Shown: positions 1-13,325 of the stretch, piece by piece | Numbering within the stretch: the stretch's first letter is position 1 | Layout: each line of letters starts with the position of its first letter | Origin: Chiloscyllium plagiosum | Taxonomy: Eukaryota | Direction: 5' to 3' | NCBI RefSeq assembly: GCF_004010195.1 | Contig: NC_057737.1 | Span: 16,022,950-16,086,949 of the forward strand | Length of the DNA stretch: 64,000 nucleotides | Notes under the pieces: generated by a model | What the model was told of the DNA's origin: nothing | The model's database searches: none | The model's input: the letters and a program-made list of their open reading frames with translations, nothing else | Translations under genes and position numbers: made by a program

Positions 1-318
1 ACGAGGAGATTAGGACCCGTGGACACAGCCTTAGAATTAGAGGTGGTCATTTCAGAACAGAAATGTGGAGGCATTTCTTCAGCCAGAGAGTGGTGGGCCT
101 GTGGTATTCATTGCCACGGAGTGCAGTGGAAGCGGGGACGCTAAATGTCTTCAAGGCCGAGATTGATAGATTCTTGTTGTCTCGAGGAATTAAGGGCTAC
201 GGGGAGAACGCTGGTAAGTGGAGCTGAAATGCGCATCAGCCATGATTGAATGGCGGAGTGGACTCGATGGGCCGAATGGCCTTACTTCCACTCCTATGTC
301 TTATGGTCTTATGGTCTT
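1..318 (+). mobile_element. CR1 LINE 3' end
   Basis: C-terminal ORF2 motif (RHFFSQRVVGLW), CR1 3'UTR (gactcgatgggccgaatggcct) and (ttatggtc)n tail at ~295-318. Confidence 0.9.
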
Positions 319-319
319 A

Positions 320-1650
320 AGTGGAGGGAGGTTTCAGGCATTTTTAGTTGAAAAGGAGGAGTGTGAAATATCAGATTAAATAAGCAAATGAGAAGGGTGC
401 TAGTGGAGGGACTGGCCTCCTTGAAGGTGGACAAAGCACCAGGGAGAGAGAGATCGTATCCTCAACGCAAACAGAAATTTCTGGAGAAACTCAGCAGGTC
501 TGGCAGCATCTATGGAGAGAAGGCAAAGTTAATGTTTCAGGGCCAATGACCCTTCTTCAAAACCAGATTTTATCCTAGAATATTAAAAGAGACCAGAGAG
601 AAAGTATTGGATGCTCTAAGGAGATACAGGTGAAATACCAGAGGGCTGGAGGTCAGTAACTGTCCTACCATTTATTCATAAATGGTGTGAGGGATAGCCC
701 AAATGATAGGCCCATCAATCTGATCTCAGGTGTGGGCAGTTTACTCTTATCAATGTTGAGAGGTAGATTTTACTGTTACTTAGACAGGTGTGGATTAAAC
801 AAGGATAGTCAGCGTGGTGTTATTAAGGGAAGGTCATGCTTTACCAACTTGATTGACTTTTGTGGAAGTAACAAGGAGCCTCTTTGAGGATAGTGCAGTG
901 GACTTTGTCTACATGGACTATAGCGAGGAATTTGACAAGGTCCCACATGGCAGACTGGTCAGTAAAATTATAGCTCGTGTGATATAGGGAAATGTGGTGA
1001 GTTAGATCTAAAATGGCTCAGTTACAGGAAACAAAGGGTAGTGATAAATGAGGCATGATTGGAAAATTTACAGATGATACAAAGTCGGCCAAGAAGTTGC
1101 TAGGAAGGAGGTATCAGTGATTTGATTCCATGGGCAGAATAGCAGAAAATGGCATTCAGATTACAAAAGTGTGAGGTTATATAAATGGCAAAGTCAACAA
1201 AGCAAAGGAATAAACTGGAGGATCTTGACAGGGTGCACCTTGAGATGCATGACCACATGCATGGAGAAAGATTGGATAGGTCAGGATTGATTTCCTTAGA
1301 ACCAAGTGACTTAATTGAGCTATACAAAATAAAGAGGGTCTTGGATAGTATACACAGGGCAGACCTGCTTCCCCAGCGGTGAGGTCAGGGTGCACAGATT
1401 TAAGATGATTGGTAGAAGGATTAGAGGGGACATGAGGAAACAATCTTTCACTCAGAGGGGAGTGGCCGTCTGATGGTTGAGGCAGAAATCCTCAACTCCT
1501 TCAAATGGACCCTGAATCTGCTGCTGAATTGCTGTAACCTGCAAGGCTGTGGGCCAATGACTGGAAATGGGATTAGAATGGGAAATTAGGTTATTCAGCC
1601 AGCACTGGGATGATGGACTGAATGGCCTGTTTCTGTGCTGTATCCTTTCT
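320..1650 (+). mobile_element. Decayed CR1 LINE ORF2 with internal deletions
   Basis: RT motifs GRSCFTNL and VYMDYSEEFDKVPHGRL, C-terminal DLIELYKI, CR1 3'UTR near 1610-1650; interrupted by a Penelope pLTR fragment at 463-564. Confidence 0.85.
463..564 (-). mobile_element. Penelope-like pLTR fragment
   Basis: ctggagaaactcagcaggtctggcagcatct motif; imperfect 12-bp TSD agatcgtatcct (451-462) / agattttatcct (565-576). Confidence 0.7.
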
Positions 1651-2143
1651 ACAGTTCTTCAGTGGAAAATCAGAGAAAAAAAACTGTATAGTCGCTGGCC
1701 AGCCTATCTGAAAGGGGCAGCTCTCTGCATGTGTTCTGAGGATGTCTTTTGCTAATTCACAAGTGATTCCCAACATTTTGGAAACTGTTTCATGAACCAC
1801 AGAGTTTGGGCACCTTGATCTGAAGCTCCAGGATGGCAGTCATCACTGCAGCAAGTGACTGACGTGCCCTCAGCAACAGAATCCACACCACTACCTACAG
1901 CAGCATCAGGATGTACAACCAGAGCTGTAGTGTAGATCATCAAGATGAAAGCTACTGCCTGTATTGCAGCCCTATTGCCACTGCACAGGACTAAGGAGAT
2001 CCATACAGAGTTCCAAATGAAGGTAACCCAGTGCAGTTGTCCTGAGCATGCTGTGCAGGGGATTACAGGAGAAATCCATCAAATCATTCAAGCCACTTGC
2101 CCCCCTCCCTAATGTAATGGAGTTACTAAAATCATTCACAGCT

Positions 2144-2668
2144 CATAGAGTCATAGAGAAGTACAGCATAGGAACAGACCCTTCGGTCTAGCTTGTCCAA
2201 ATATTCTAAACTAATCTAGTCCCAGCACTTGGCCCATTTCCCTCTAAACCCTTCCTATTCATATACCCATCCAGATACCTTTTAAATGTTGTATTTGTAC
2301 CACCCTCCACCAGTTCCTCTGGCAGCTCATTCCATATACGTACCACCCTCGGTGTGAAAATGTTGCACCTTAGGTCCCTTCTAAATCTTTCCCCTCTCAC
2401 CCTAAACTTACGCCCTCTGGTTTTCGACTCCGCCTACTCCAGGGAAAAGACCTTGTCTGTTTACCCTATCCATGCCCCTCATGATTTTATAAACCTCTAT
2501 AAGGTTACCCCTCAGCCTCTGACACTCCAGGGAAAACAGCCTCTCCCTATAGCTCAAACCCTCCAATCCTGGCAACATTCTTGTCAATGTTTTCTGAACC
2601 CTTTCAAGTTTAACAACATCCTTCCTATAAGAGGGGGGCCACAATTGCTCACAATATCCAAAAGTGGT
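2144..2668 (-). mobile_element. 5'-truncated CR1 LINE
   Basis: Minus ORFs YRKDVVKLERVQKTLTRMLPGL, LRGNLIEVYKIMRG and FTPRVVRIWNELP; tcatagag tail repeat. Confidence 0.92.
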
Positions 2669-3109
2669 CTCCTTGGGATTGTACTCCTGACAATACCTGT
2701 CTGCACCTCTTTGGTCCCATGGGACTGCCATCCACCAGTAACAGTGTTTCCAGTTTGGTTCACACTATCTCCAGCATCACTTCCAGTGGGAAGTGGGAAA
2801 CAGGGAGGAGGACCGTTTCCTCCTGTTTCAATCCTTCCTCAGGCTGTCACTATGACTACACTCCGGCCTGAAAACCAGGAAGCAGGATATTAATGACATG
2901 GCTGTGTTAGTGAGTCAGAACAATGCGTGCTTTGACTGTTAATTGAAAGATAAATAATGGCCATGTCATAAGGGAGAATTTCTTCACTTCTCCATCAGAA
3001 AAGTGACTGATCCCTACTTCTTCCAGAGTAACTAAGATTAGATACCTTTTACTGAGCTACAGACATGGAGCTTAACATCCTGTGGTATAAAATATCAAAA
3101 TTCCAGCTC

Positions 3110-3625
3110 CAATTGCAGTCGAGGTTAATGAAATTACGGACTCTATCGTCAATCTCAATTATCTCAGAAAAAAAATCCTCGGAAAGAGCCAGCCAAAGGG
3201 TTAATTGATGCTATTGGCTTGAAAACTGAAACTACAATAAGAACCAAGGATAACAAGGGCGAGGCAAACATCTTTTCTGCTTAGAACTATCCGTGTAGTT
3301 TCCTTTTCGATAAAACTTTAATTTGAAATGGCGAATCATTGAGCAGTGCGTGGGTGTAATTCTACCTCAACTCATTACCTTGCACCCATGGAAATATTTA
3401 CGTCAAAATATGGTTTTGACTGTTTACGCTAAATGCTATTATCTAGAGCATCCACAAAACCTCAAAACTGCTTCAGTTTTGAACCAACCAAAAGTGACAA
3501 GTTGGATAACTAATAGAGAGAAATAAAGGTTTGAACATCTTTTAACCGATCGAAATATGGGACGTAATCAAGAGGTGCTGTGTGATGGACAGATTATTGA
3601 TGGGGCATACTACTGAAAGGTAAGA
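3110..3625 (+). promoter_or_regulatory. Candidate promoter and first exon
   Basis: Non-repetitive segment with ~14 CpG in ~460 bp (background is CpG-depleted), ending at a strong donor AAG|gtaaga (3619/3620); possible ATG at 3585 (MDRLLMGHTTE). Confidence 0.35.
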
Positions 3626-4159
3626 TTTCAGTTAGTGGATGGCAAATTCCTTATGTGGCCATTTACAGGATGTTTAGAATGTGCATTATCTCCAAAACTG
3701 AGCATTTATTGTCTGTGTGCACAATACTAGAAGAGCTGGCATGTTGACAGCTAGTTACGGTGTGTGTAAGGATTTAGCATTTTGTTTCTGAGGGATATGA
3801 GTTAGACTAATTGGCTTTAGTTTGGGAATGATGCTTCTACTGTTGGAATAGCAACAAACATTGGCATAGAGACAATGGGATTGGCACTTGAAGAAGATGT
3901 GCCTTTATGTAGCATCTATTCTAAAGTGCTTTACAGCCAATGATGTGCATTTTGAAGTGGAGTAATGTAAGAAATCTACCATTTCCACCACTCTTTCCTT
4001 CTGCTCTCCAAACCAAGTCAATCATTGCATTGCAGGATCTTCACCCACAAAGCAAAGGAGCAGGTTGAGCAAAAGGTTGGGAATACTGAACTGGTTTGGC
4101 TGCACCTTTAGAAAAAGAAAAACGACTAAAGCCTGAGATTAACTTTCCTTAGAATGATC

Positions 4160-4580
4160 CTTATGAAATGATCCTTATCAACCAAAAACACTGGCTTTGT
4201 TTCTCTGTCCATAGAAGCTGCCTGAACTTCCGAACAGTTCCAGTATCCACTGTTTTTATTTCAGATGTCCAGCTTCTGCAGTATTTTGGCTTTGTGCAGG
4301 AGAAGGATTTAATTCAGACTTTGGCCATAGCGTAACAAAAAACTGAAAGTGCTGGAGAAACTTAGCAGATGTGTGGAAGCACCTGTGGAGAGGGAAACAG
4401 AGTTAACACTTTTGAGTCGAACATGTTCAGATCCGATTCATTTTGGATTTTTCTTCATTCTCAGGAGTTAAAAAAGAGTCATACTGGACTCAAAACGTTA
4501 ACTCTGTTGCTCTCTCCACAGATGCGTCCACAGCTGCTTGGTTTCTCCAGCAATTTCAGTTTTTATTTCAGATTTAGTGC
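4160..4580. mobile_element. Old Penelope-like pLTR copies, including an inverted pair (4334-4575)
   Basis: gctggagaaac...cagagttaac arm and its reverse complement gttaactctg...tttctccagc. Confidence 0.7.
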
Positions 4581-5579
4581 TAATGTAGGAGGTGATGCTT
4601 GGGAGCGTGTGGTGCACCATGAAGCCAGGAATAAGGCAGTATGTGCACAATGCAGAAATGAAAGGGAATATAAATGTTGCCAGTGATAGAATTAATTCCA
4701 ATTGCTGAAAATGTAACTACAACATCACAAGCAAAAGCAGGATGTGAATGCATTGCTGTCTGTTTTCTTTCCAAAGGGTAAACATTACCAGTAAACTTTT
4801 CAGTAAACTTTTTAACCCTTTCTGGTTCAACACGGCACAGTCCTGCACTAGTGGCCAACAGATAATACATTCCTTATATAAAGGTTTAATTTTAATTCCT
4901 GAGTGGTGACAAACTTCGCAATGAGGTTGCTTTTCATTTTTAGAATGTTTGTAGCAATAGGCTATTTCTTAAGTCACACTGCACACTACATCACCCTATA
5001 TGTGTGGAATTGTTTTAGCTTCTCAATACTGCCTGCACCGATGAAGATGAGTGATCTATTAGAATGGGAGAATTGGGAGGCCCCCTCTCCACTGCAGTAT
5101 AGACCCCACAAATAGCGACAGATTGATGGGTCACGCTGTCAGAAATATTCGCGTCTGTAAGGCAGCAATGAGCTGCTGACATATTGAAATTATTTAAATT
5201 CAGAATAGATGGAGGTGATTAACTGCTGAAATATGAGGTCATAACATAATGTGAAATTACACTGGAGCTCCAAATTAATTAATTTGGCAGAACATGTTTA
5301 ATAGTAGAAAATGTTAGAGAAAGGGAACAATTTAGTTTTCATTAAGAATAAGGATACTAACTCCATTGTTCTGTGGTTAGACAATACTAATTGCTACTTG
5401 CAACTTCTTGGCTTGGACAGTATATTAGGGGAATGGATGGCAGAAGCCAAATTCCATGGCACGACATGTAGTCTCTCCAATATAATTCATGATTTAAAAT
5501 CAGTCATTTAATTCCCATCCCATCAAAACAATTTCTGAATGTATAAATTGTTTAGACATCAAGGTTAACAGTTATAACA

Positions 5580-5830
5580 GCCTGCATTTATATAGCAACG
5601 TTAATGTTGTGGGATGTTTTAAGGCACTTCAATAGGGGATTCGAATTTGACACCCAGCTGCATGAGGACATTTTAGTCTAGGTGGCCAAACGCATGGCCA
5701 AAAGGGTAGGTTTTAGAAGTACCTTAAAGGAGGAAAGAGAGCAGAGAGACAGAGAGCTCCAGACAGAGAATTCTAGAGTTTAGGGCCTAGTTGAAGTATG
5801 GCTGCCAAATGGTGGAACGATAAAAATCAG
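5580..5830 (-). mobile_element. L2-type LINE 3' fragment
   Basis: tgcatttatatagc 3' end, ttaaaggaggaaagagag and gaattctagagtttagggcctag motifs. Confidence 0.6.
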
Positions 5831-6389
5831 GATTGCGCAAGAGCCAAAATATTCTAGATAACTATATACCAAAGGCTTTTATAGCAACTAATACTCCAGA
5901 GAGCATTTATAGCAAAAAGTGTCAGACTTGATATAGCATCATTGTCAAATGGAAACTAATGAGCAAAAAGCTGTGTATCATAGTAGATACTTCAAATAGA
6001 TCATTCTAAGGACAATGTCAATTGGTATATCTACCTCGATGAATTTCTCTACTTTATGAGTTCAGCTTCAAATGTAAAGAGCAGCACTTTGATTATATTG
6101 ATAAAAACGTGTGAGTGGCATTTGAGTATTGCAAAAGTAAACCTGTCATGGAAAAATGACTATGCAGCAACTTGCACAAAACTTTACCTCTGATCTATGT
6201 TGTTCATAGCTGAACGCTTGCTGTGACATAAGTTGGCCACATTGCCTTAACAAAATATTTTAGTATAAGTCGCTAAATTGCAATTCTGGATATTTCAGAC
6301 CCACTGTACGATAGTCCAATTTGCATTAGCAACAGAAAGATCTGGTCTTTCTGAAATGTCGTGAGCTAACCATTCCCCCTAATTGTAAT

Positions 6390-6910
6390 AACAACAACTT
6401 GACTTTATAAAACTTCTCTAAAGTAATAAGCTGCTCAGAGGTACTTCACAAATTAAGTTGGATATGGAGCCATGCAAGGAGGCATAAGGAGAGGTAACCA
6501 AAGCCTTGACAAAGAGATAGGTTTCAAGCAATACTTTAAAGATGATAAGAGAGGTAGTGGGACTGAGAGATTTAGGGAGGGTGTTGCAGAGCTCAGGGCT
6601 TTGACAGTTGAAGACATGGCCACCATTGGTTGAGCAATTAAAATCATGGATAACTAATTGGCCAGAATAGGATATCTTGGGGGGTCAGGAAGCTGGAGAT
6701 TATTACAGAGATAGGTAAGGCTTAGACCATGGGACTAGAATGAGAAAACTAGGAGGAGAATTTTAAAATGGAGACGTGGTTTAACTGGGAATCGACACAG
6801 GTTAGCGAGCACAGGAGTGATAGGGCAAGGGCAACAACACTTTATAAGGTCTCTAGTTAAGAGAGGATAAACATAGAAGACTGGCCAGGACCATTTAGAA
6901 CAGTTCCAAA
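6390..6910 (-). mobile_element. L2-type LINE fragment
   Basis: Minus translation PITPVLANLCRFPVKPRLHFKILLLVF (L2 ORF2 C-terminus HITPVLxxLHWLPV..FKILLL). Confidence 0.75.
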
Positions 6911-6914
6911 TAAA

Positions 6915-7110
6915 GGTAAAGCCACTGTAGTCCCAGTGGATTATCAACTGTGCTCTCATTAGACAAAGACAACTGGTGGTGAGTGTAACCTGAGAGTTAC
7001 CATGCCTCAGACAAGGGCTAAGGTTGAGAAGGCAGGACCTTCCTGGTGGATATTGAACCTGTGTTGCTGGCGTTATTGGCAAACCAGCTGAGCAGCGAAA
7101 TGAGCTAACC
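6915..7110 (-). mobile_element. tRNA-derived SINE (second copy at ~33350-33485, + strand)
   Basis: Head ggttagctca with B-box-like ggttcaat; body tgaggcatgg...ggttacactcaccaccag shared with the 33350 copy. Confidence 0.55.
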
Positions 7111-7271
7111 AAGACACCCCCCTTCCCCCACCACCTCCTCCACAAGGTTAGAAAGTGCTTGGGTGAGGGCTTCTGCTTCAAATAAGCTGAGGCAGGGGCA
7201 GATCCAGACAATAACTCAGAGCTGGGACAGGTTTAGTTTAGCAACGATGTAGATATGGGGTCAAAAGCTCA

Positions 7272-7492
7272 TTGCAAAAGAGTGTGGTGCTGGAGAAGCA
7301 CAGCCAGTCAGGCAGCACCCGAGGAGCAGGAGAATCCACGTTTCGAGCATAAGCTCTTCTGTCATTTCTGATGAAGAGCTTATGGTCGAAATGTCAACTC
7401 TCCTGCTCCTCGGATGCTGCCTAACCTGCTGTACTTTTCCAGCAACACACTCTTCGACTCTGATCTCCAGCATCTGTTTCTCTTTCTCCTGC
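7272..7492. mobile_element. Palindromic Penelope pLTR insertion
   Basis: Two inverted pLTR arms; imperfect TSD tcaaaagctca (7261-7271) / tcaaaaactca (7493-7503); hammerhead-like core at 7368-7395. Confidence 0.8.
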
Positions 7493-8867
7493 TCAAAAAC
7501 TCAAGATCAAGATCATATATGTTCCTGAGGTTGCGAGCAGTCCTATTCAATCTTGGAAAATTGCCAGGGGAAGAGTTGAGATCCATGGATGTTGGGAGAG
7601 GCAAGGGCTCATTATAATGTCTTTGCTATTTGCAATGCCTCGTTGGATGAAATCCCTGCTCACCCAGTACAGTACTGGAGGTCATTAAGGTTGTGTGGCC
7701 ATCGAGAAGCAACAAGGCCTCCATAGAGCTGGTACTGAAGTAGCTCTGAGTGTTGCCAACAGGTTCGTAAAACTGAGCCTGCATTTGTGGGTGATTTTCT
7801 ACAGCACCTTCCAATCCTGTGACCTTGACCACTCAGAACAGCAAGAGCAGTTAGGATCTCAACTCTAACCATCGTGCCTTTGTTTCTTTCATACAAGCAG
7901 AAAACACTGAAGATGCTCAAGATTTGTAGTAGCAACTGTGGCCAGACAAACAGAGTTAATGCTTCTCTCTCCATAGATGCAATCATACCTGCTGAGTTCC
8001 TCCAACATTTCCAGTTTTTATTTCTGATTTCCAACATTCTCAGTTTTGTTTTTGGTTCCTCCATGCACTTGTTTAACAGAATCTATCAAACTCAGTTTCT
8101 GACATTTTCAATTTTTCTCAAAAGCCTTTTAGTACAGGAAGTTGCAGCTTTCCCCTCTCCTTCATCTGAACACAGTCATTGACCAGGTTTAACTCGATGC
8201 TCCCTTTTTTTCTGGATTCCCATTCTCCTCCCAACCAGCCAAAATGGTTTCTTCCAATCTTCTCTATCATTCCTTTCAGTCATCTTAATAGGTCATTTCC
8301 TTAAGTCTATAAGCAAATTAATGTATTTTTGGAATTGCTGTAAAAAGGCAGTTAATCAAGTCCTTTTGTCTTGTTCTCATGAAGACAATTTGCAAGAAAT
8401 ACTAATTTAAATGGAAATCAACATTTATGCTGTATAAAAGTAGAGGTGTCACTATGGACCAATTAGATGATGACTGACAGTTAACTGTCAAACTTTGTTT
8501 AAATTTTAAGTTTTAAACCAGACTGTTTGACTCTGATTGGTCAAAGTGTTACCCCAAGGGATACAACATGACTACTATTTTGTTATGTTCAAATAGGAAC
8601 AGTACTCTTTTCTGTCTTTATGAAACAGAAACCTGCATATTCGTACTCAGGATCCCAGTACTGCAAGAAAAGCTTCAACAAAGTCCATCTGTTTTTCAGC
8701 AATACTCAAGTTCTGTATTAACAACAGGCTATTTATATTCTTGGACTGGGGAGCTGGATATCAATCTCCTGACTAGACTGCTGTTTTACCAACTGAGGTT
8801 TCATTTGGGAAGCAGAAACAACAGATATATCCAAGGCATGGGAATATATTGATTTATAATCTCATTA

Positions 8868-9205
8868 GGGAAGGCAATGGCCTAGTAATATTATCACTGG
8901 ACTATCAATCCAGAGACCCTGGTAATGTCCTGGGGACCCAGGTTCAAATCCCACCACAGCAGATGGTGGAATTTGAATTCAGTTAAAAATAAAAATCTAG
9001 AATTAAGAGTGAATCCATTGCCAATTGTCTAGTTCACTAATGCTCTTTAGAGAAGGAAACTGACCTCCTTACCTGATGTGGCTTACATGTGCCTCCTGAC
9101 CCACAGCCAATGTGGTTAACTCCCAATCTCTCTCTGGACAATTAGGGTTGAGTAATGAATGCTGACTAGCTAGCGATGCCCTCATCGTTTGAAAGAATAA
9201 ATAAA
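8868..9205 (+). mobile_element. tRNA-derived SINE with LINE-like tail (minus copy at ~27450-27730)
   Basis: A-box tggcctagtaa, B-box ggttcaaatccc; 3' tail caattaggg...gatgccctcatc...aataaa resembles the 3' end of the LINE family at 15170/30440/40300. Confidence 0.75.
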
Positions 9206-9475
9206 GCAACACATCAGCTTCTCCTTTGAGAGTAGATCACTTCAATCAGAACACTACACTGCTTTTGTTCCACAAAGGCCACACTCTCCCTGGAAACATT
9301 CCATCTTCACTTTTGGCATGCCAACAAAGACCAACATTTTTGGATGAACATTCACTTGACTGAAAGCTTCTCAGCTAAGCTATTTTGGGCATGCATTCAG
9401 AGACTGCAACTGTTGAGGAGTCTCCTAAAACTGTTTTTTTGTTGCACATTTCCCGAAACATGCAAGCCTATCAAG

Positions 9476-9760
9476 GGGCAGCCTGGCGGCTCAGTGATTA
9501 GCACTGCTGCCTCACAGCACTGGGGACCCAGCTTCAATAAACCGTCGGGCGACTGTCTGTGTGGAGCTTGCACATTCTCCCCATGTCTGTCCTTCTGGTG
9601 CTCCAGTTTCCTCCCGGAGATGTGCAGTTTGGGTGGATTGGCCATGGGAAATTATCCATAGTGCCCAGGGGTGTGCAGGCTAGGTGGCTTAGCCCTGGGA
9701 AAAGCAGGGTTACAGGATAGCTTGGGGGAAGGTCTGGGTGGGATGTTCTTCAGAGGTCTG
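9476..9760 (+). mobile_element. HE1 / V-SINE
   Basis: ggctcagtgattagcactgctgcctcacagc head; V-domain ggagcttgcacattctcccc. Confidence 0.88.
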
Positions 9761-9789
9761 AAATGATCTGGAAGAGGGCACTGTTGGTA

Positions 9790-10710
9790 GTGATCAGTAA
9801 GTTTGCAGATGACACGAAGATTGGTGGAGTAGCAGAAAGCATAACGGACTGTCAAAGAATACAGGAGAATATAGATAGACTGGAGAGTTGGGCAGGGAAG
9901 TGGCAGGTGGAGTTCAATCCAGGCAAATGTGAGATGATGCATTTTGGGAAGTCTAATTCTAGAATGAATTATACAGTAAATGGAAGAGCCTTGGGAAACG
10001 TTGATGAACAGAGAAATCTGGGAGTTCAGGTCCATTGTACCCTGAAGGTGACTGTGCAGGTGGATAGAGTGGTCACGAAGGCATATGGTATGCTTGCCTT
10101 CATTGGACAGGGTATTGAGTATAAGAGCTGCCAGGTCATGTTAAAATTATAGAAGACTTTGGTTCAGCCGCATTTAGAATACTGTGTACAGTTCTGGTCG
10201 CCACATTACCAAAAGGATGTGGACGCTTTGAAGAGGGTGCAGAGAAAGTTTACAAGGATGTTGCCTGATATGGAAGGTGCTAGCTATGAAGAGAGGTTGA
10301 GTAGGTTAGGATTGTTTTCATTAGAAAAAAGAAGTTTGAGGAGGGACCTGATTGAGGTCTACAAAATCATGGAGGGCATAGGCAGGGTGGATAGAGATAA
10401 GCTTTTTCCCAGGGTGAAGGATTCAATAACGAGAGGTCATGCGTTCAAGGTGAGAGGTGAAAAGTTTAAGGGGGATATACACACAGCAAGTACTTTACAC
10501 AGAGGGTGCTAGGTGTCTGGATAGTATTGCCAGCAGAGGTAGTAGAGGCAGGCACGGTAGATTCATTTAAGATGAGCCTGGACAGATGCATGAGTAGGTG
10601 AGGAACAGAGGGATACAGACACTGAGGAATTGGGCAACAGGTTAAGACAGTAGATTTCGATCGGCTCAGGCTTGGAGGGCTGAAGGGCCTGTTTCTGGGC
10701 TGTAAATTGT
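9790..10710 (+). mobile_element. CR1 LINE, RT C-terminal half and 3'UTR
   Basis: ISKFADDTKIGG, WQVEFNPGKCE, PHLEYCVQFWSP, RDLIEVYKIM. Confidence 0.95.
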
Positions 10711-11509
10711 CTTTGTTCTTTTCTTTGTCTGGTGTGGACTTGATGGGACAAATGGCCTGCTTCCAGACTGTAGGAATTCTATACATATATATGTTATACT
10801 GGTTAGGAAATCTTGGCAGAAGGAATCTGAATAACATGGGCTATGGAGAGATTTGAGGCAGAGTCCTGTGAGAAGTCCAGCGAAGCCTCTTGTGATGGGC
10901 ATTATGGCTTGTTTAACGTTTTATTAATGCCACAACTCACCTCATTAGTATTCAGCTACCTGTATTAGCCAAACAAGGTCGACGTTGAGAATTCTCAGTG
11001 CAGGAGTCCAAGTAGGTACGTGGTGACTCCAGCTTACGGCTGGCTGTAAGGAGTGTCCATGTTGCTCAGCACCAAACAGCATCTACAAGCATCAGCCACA
11101 CATAGCCCTTGGGTATCCAACATCTCTCACAAGCTTCATGCCAGCTCTCTAACACAAACACAGTGTGCTCAGGAAACATCGACTTGCATTGGAGGGGACA
11201 CTGGTAACTCATGTTAAAGGGTTTCTGCAGGACACTCTGCACACTCATGGCTTGGACTAAGCTGCATCTCAGGACTGCTCACTCGCTGTCTTAGCACTCA
11301 CTCACTCAGTACCTACCTGCATGCTCAAAGTATCCCTGCCTTGCCTCACTTACCTGTTAGTGCATTGGTGCTTCAGCCAAAACCAAAGGCTATCTGCACC
11401 ATTGTATTGCACAGACACATGGGCAGACTCTTATCATTAGGGGTCAGTTTTGGATGGGCAGGGATGACTTGCAGCATGCCACTTTGAGGCTTCAATCTAG
11501 CAAGAAGCA

Positions 11510-12750
11510 ATTGGCCAGTTAACATCAGAAATGGGCAAGTTGTTGAAATCAGTCACGAAAATCATTATAGCAAAGCAGCTGAGAAAAATTCAAGGTAATC
11601 AGGCAGAGTCAACACGGTTTTGTGAAAAGGAAATCGTGTTTGACCTATGTGCTATAGACAAAGGATGTATTGTGCTTCATTAAAGATTATTGAAAAAGAT
11701 ATAAGCTCAGGGTGGAGCGGGTAATGTATCAGCGTGGATAGAAGGCTGGCTAGCTAACAGGAAACTGACAGTAGTCTTGAAACAGATCATTTTCTATAAG
11801 AAGTGGTGGGCCACTGGAATTGGTGCAGGGGCCTTAATGATTTGCAGTTTATATAAATGACTTGAATGAACAGCTGGAATGTAAGGTGGCTACATTTCCT
11901 GATGACAAAAAGATAGACAGGGAAGTAAATTGCAAAGGGGAAATAAGGAACCTAAAAAGGGAGACAGCTGATTTAGGTGAGTGGCAAAGACCTGGCAAAT
12001 GGAATGTAATGTGACAAAATATGAAATTGTCCACTTTGACAGGAAGAACAAAAACAAAACAAACTATTGAAATGGTCAGAGGTTTGCACAGGTCTGAGAT
12101 GCAGAGGGTTTACAGTCATAGTGAATGAATCACAAAAGATTACTATACAAGTTCAGCAAGTAATTAGGGAAGTTAATAGAATGATATGATTTATAGTGAG
12201 GGAAATTGAATACAATGGTAGGGAGGTTATGCTTCAGTTACACAGGCCATCAGTGAGACCGCACCTATACTGTGTACAGCATTAGCCACCATGTTTAAAG
12301 TATTGGAAGCAGGTGAAAATTTCTGAAGATTAGTTAAAGATTAACATCTGGAAAAGAGCTGATTGTTTTAAGAGGAAAGGTTGAACGGCTGGACTGTACC
12401 CATTGGAATGTACAAAACAAACAGGTAACTTGATTGAACATGTAAGATGCTGAGGGGTATTAATAGGATGGATGTGTAAAGGATAATTCCTCTTGTGGAA
12501 GAATCCAGAATTGCTTAGCTTAAAGCATGCCCATTTAAGACAAAGATAAGGAGAATTTATTTTCTCACAAGTCTTTGGAACTCTTCCTCCAAAGGCAGTA
12601 GAAGCAGAGTCTTTGAATATTTTTGCAGTAGGGGTAGATGGATTCTTGATAAACAAACAGTAAGTGGTTAGTGTGGGGAGGTGGGAATGTGGGGTAATCA
12701 GATCAGCCATCATCTTATTGAATGGGGGAGCAGACGTGAGGGGTCAAGTT
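11510..12750 (+). mobile_element. Heavily decayed CR1 LINE
   Basis: Remnants SQHGFVKRKSCLT, YINDL, FPDDKK; 3'UTR cagatcagccatcatcttattgaatgg. Confidence 0.8.
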
Positions 12751-12802
12751 GTTAATTTGTATCTTTATTTATAAGATATAAACACACCCAGTAATGTTAA
12801 GC

Positions 12803-13325
12803 ACAGCTCAGCTGGTAGGACTCTTGCCTCTGAGTCAAAAGATTCTTTGTTCTAGTGCCACTCCAGAGAACTGAATGTTAAAAATCAAAGCTATCACTCT
12901 TGCGTCAGGCTGAGGGAATGCAGCACTGTCAGGGGTGCCATCTTTCAGACAAAGTGCTAAACTGAGGCTCCATGTACCAGGGTGGCATGAAAGATCCTAT
13001 GGCATTAATTCACACAAAAAAAATGATTTCTGGACACCAGTGATGTCAAAGGATATGGAGGTCATACAGGAAAGAGGCATGGAGATAGATGATTAGCCAT
13101 GGTCAAAACTTGAATGGTGGAGCAGCATTGATGGGCTGAATGACCAACTCCTGCTCCTGAGACAAAGTTATCTCTGGTGTGCTAAACAAATGTACCTCCA
13201 TTGCCTCGTTGCTGATGGTGGCAGCCTCCTGTATGTAAAATTGACTGCTGCATTCCCTGCATTACTATAGTGACTGCACTTTGAACGTATTTCTTTGACT
13301 GTACGGTGCTTTGGGACATCCGTAA
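12803..13325 (+). mobile_element. SacSINE1-like Deu-SINE interrupted by a CR1 3' fragment (~13030-13160)
   Basis: Head gctcagctggtaggactcttgcctctgagtca; ctgagggaatgcagcactgtcaggggtgcc; aaagatcctatggca; 3' gtgactgcactttgaa...ctttgggacatcc. Confidence 0.75.

Noticed and set aside
8868-8955. tRNA genes at SINE heads (also 9476, 12803, 24000-24072, 59075)
   Set aside because: A/B boxes run directly into SINE bodies; no complete cloverleaf
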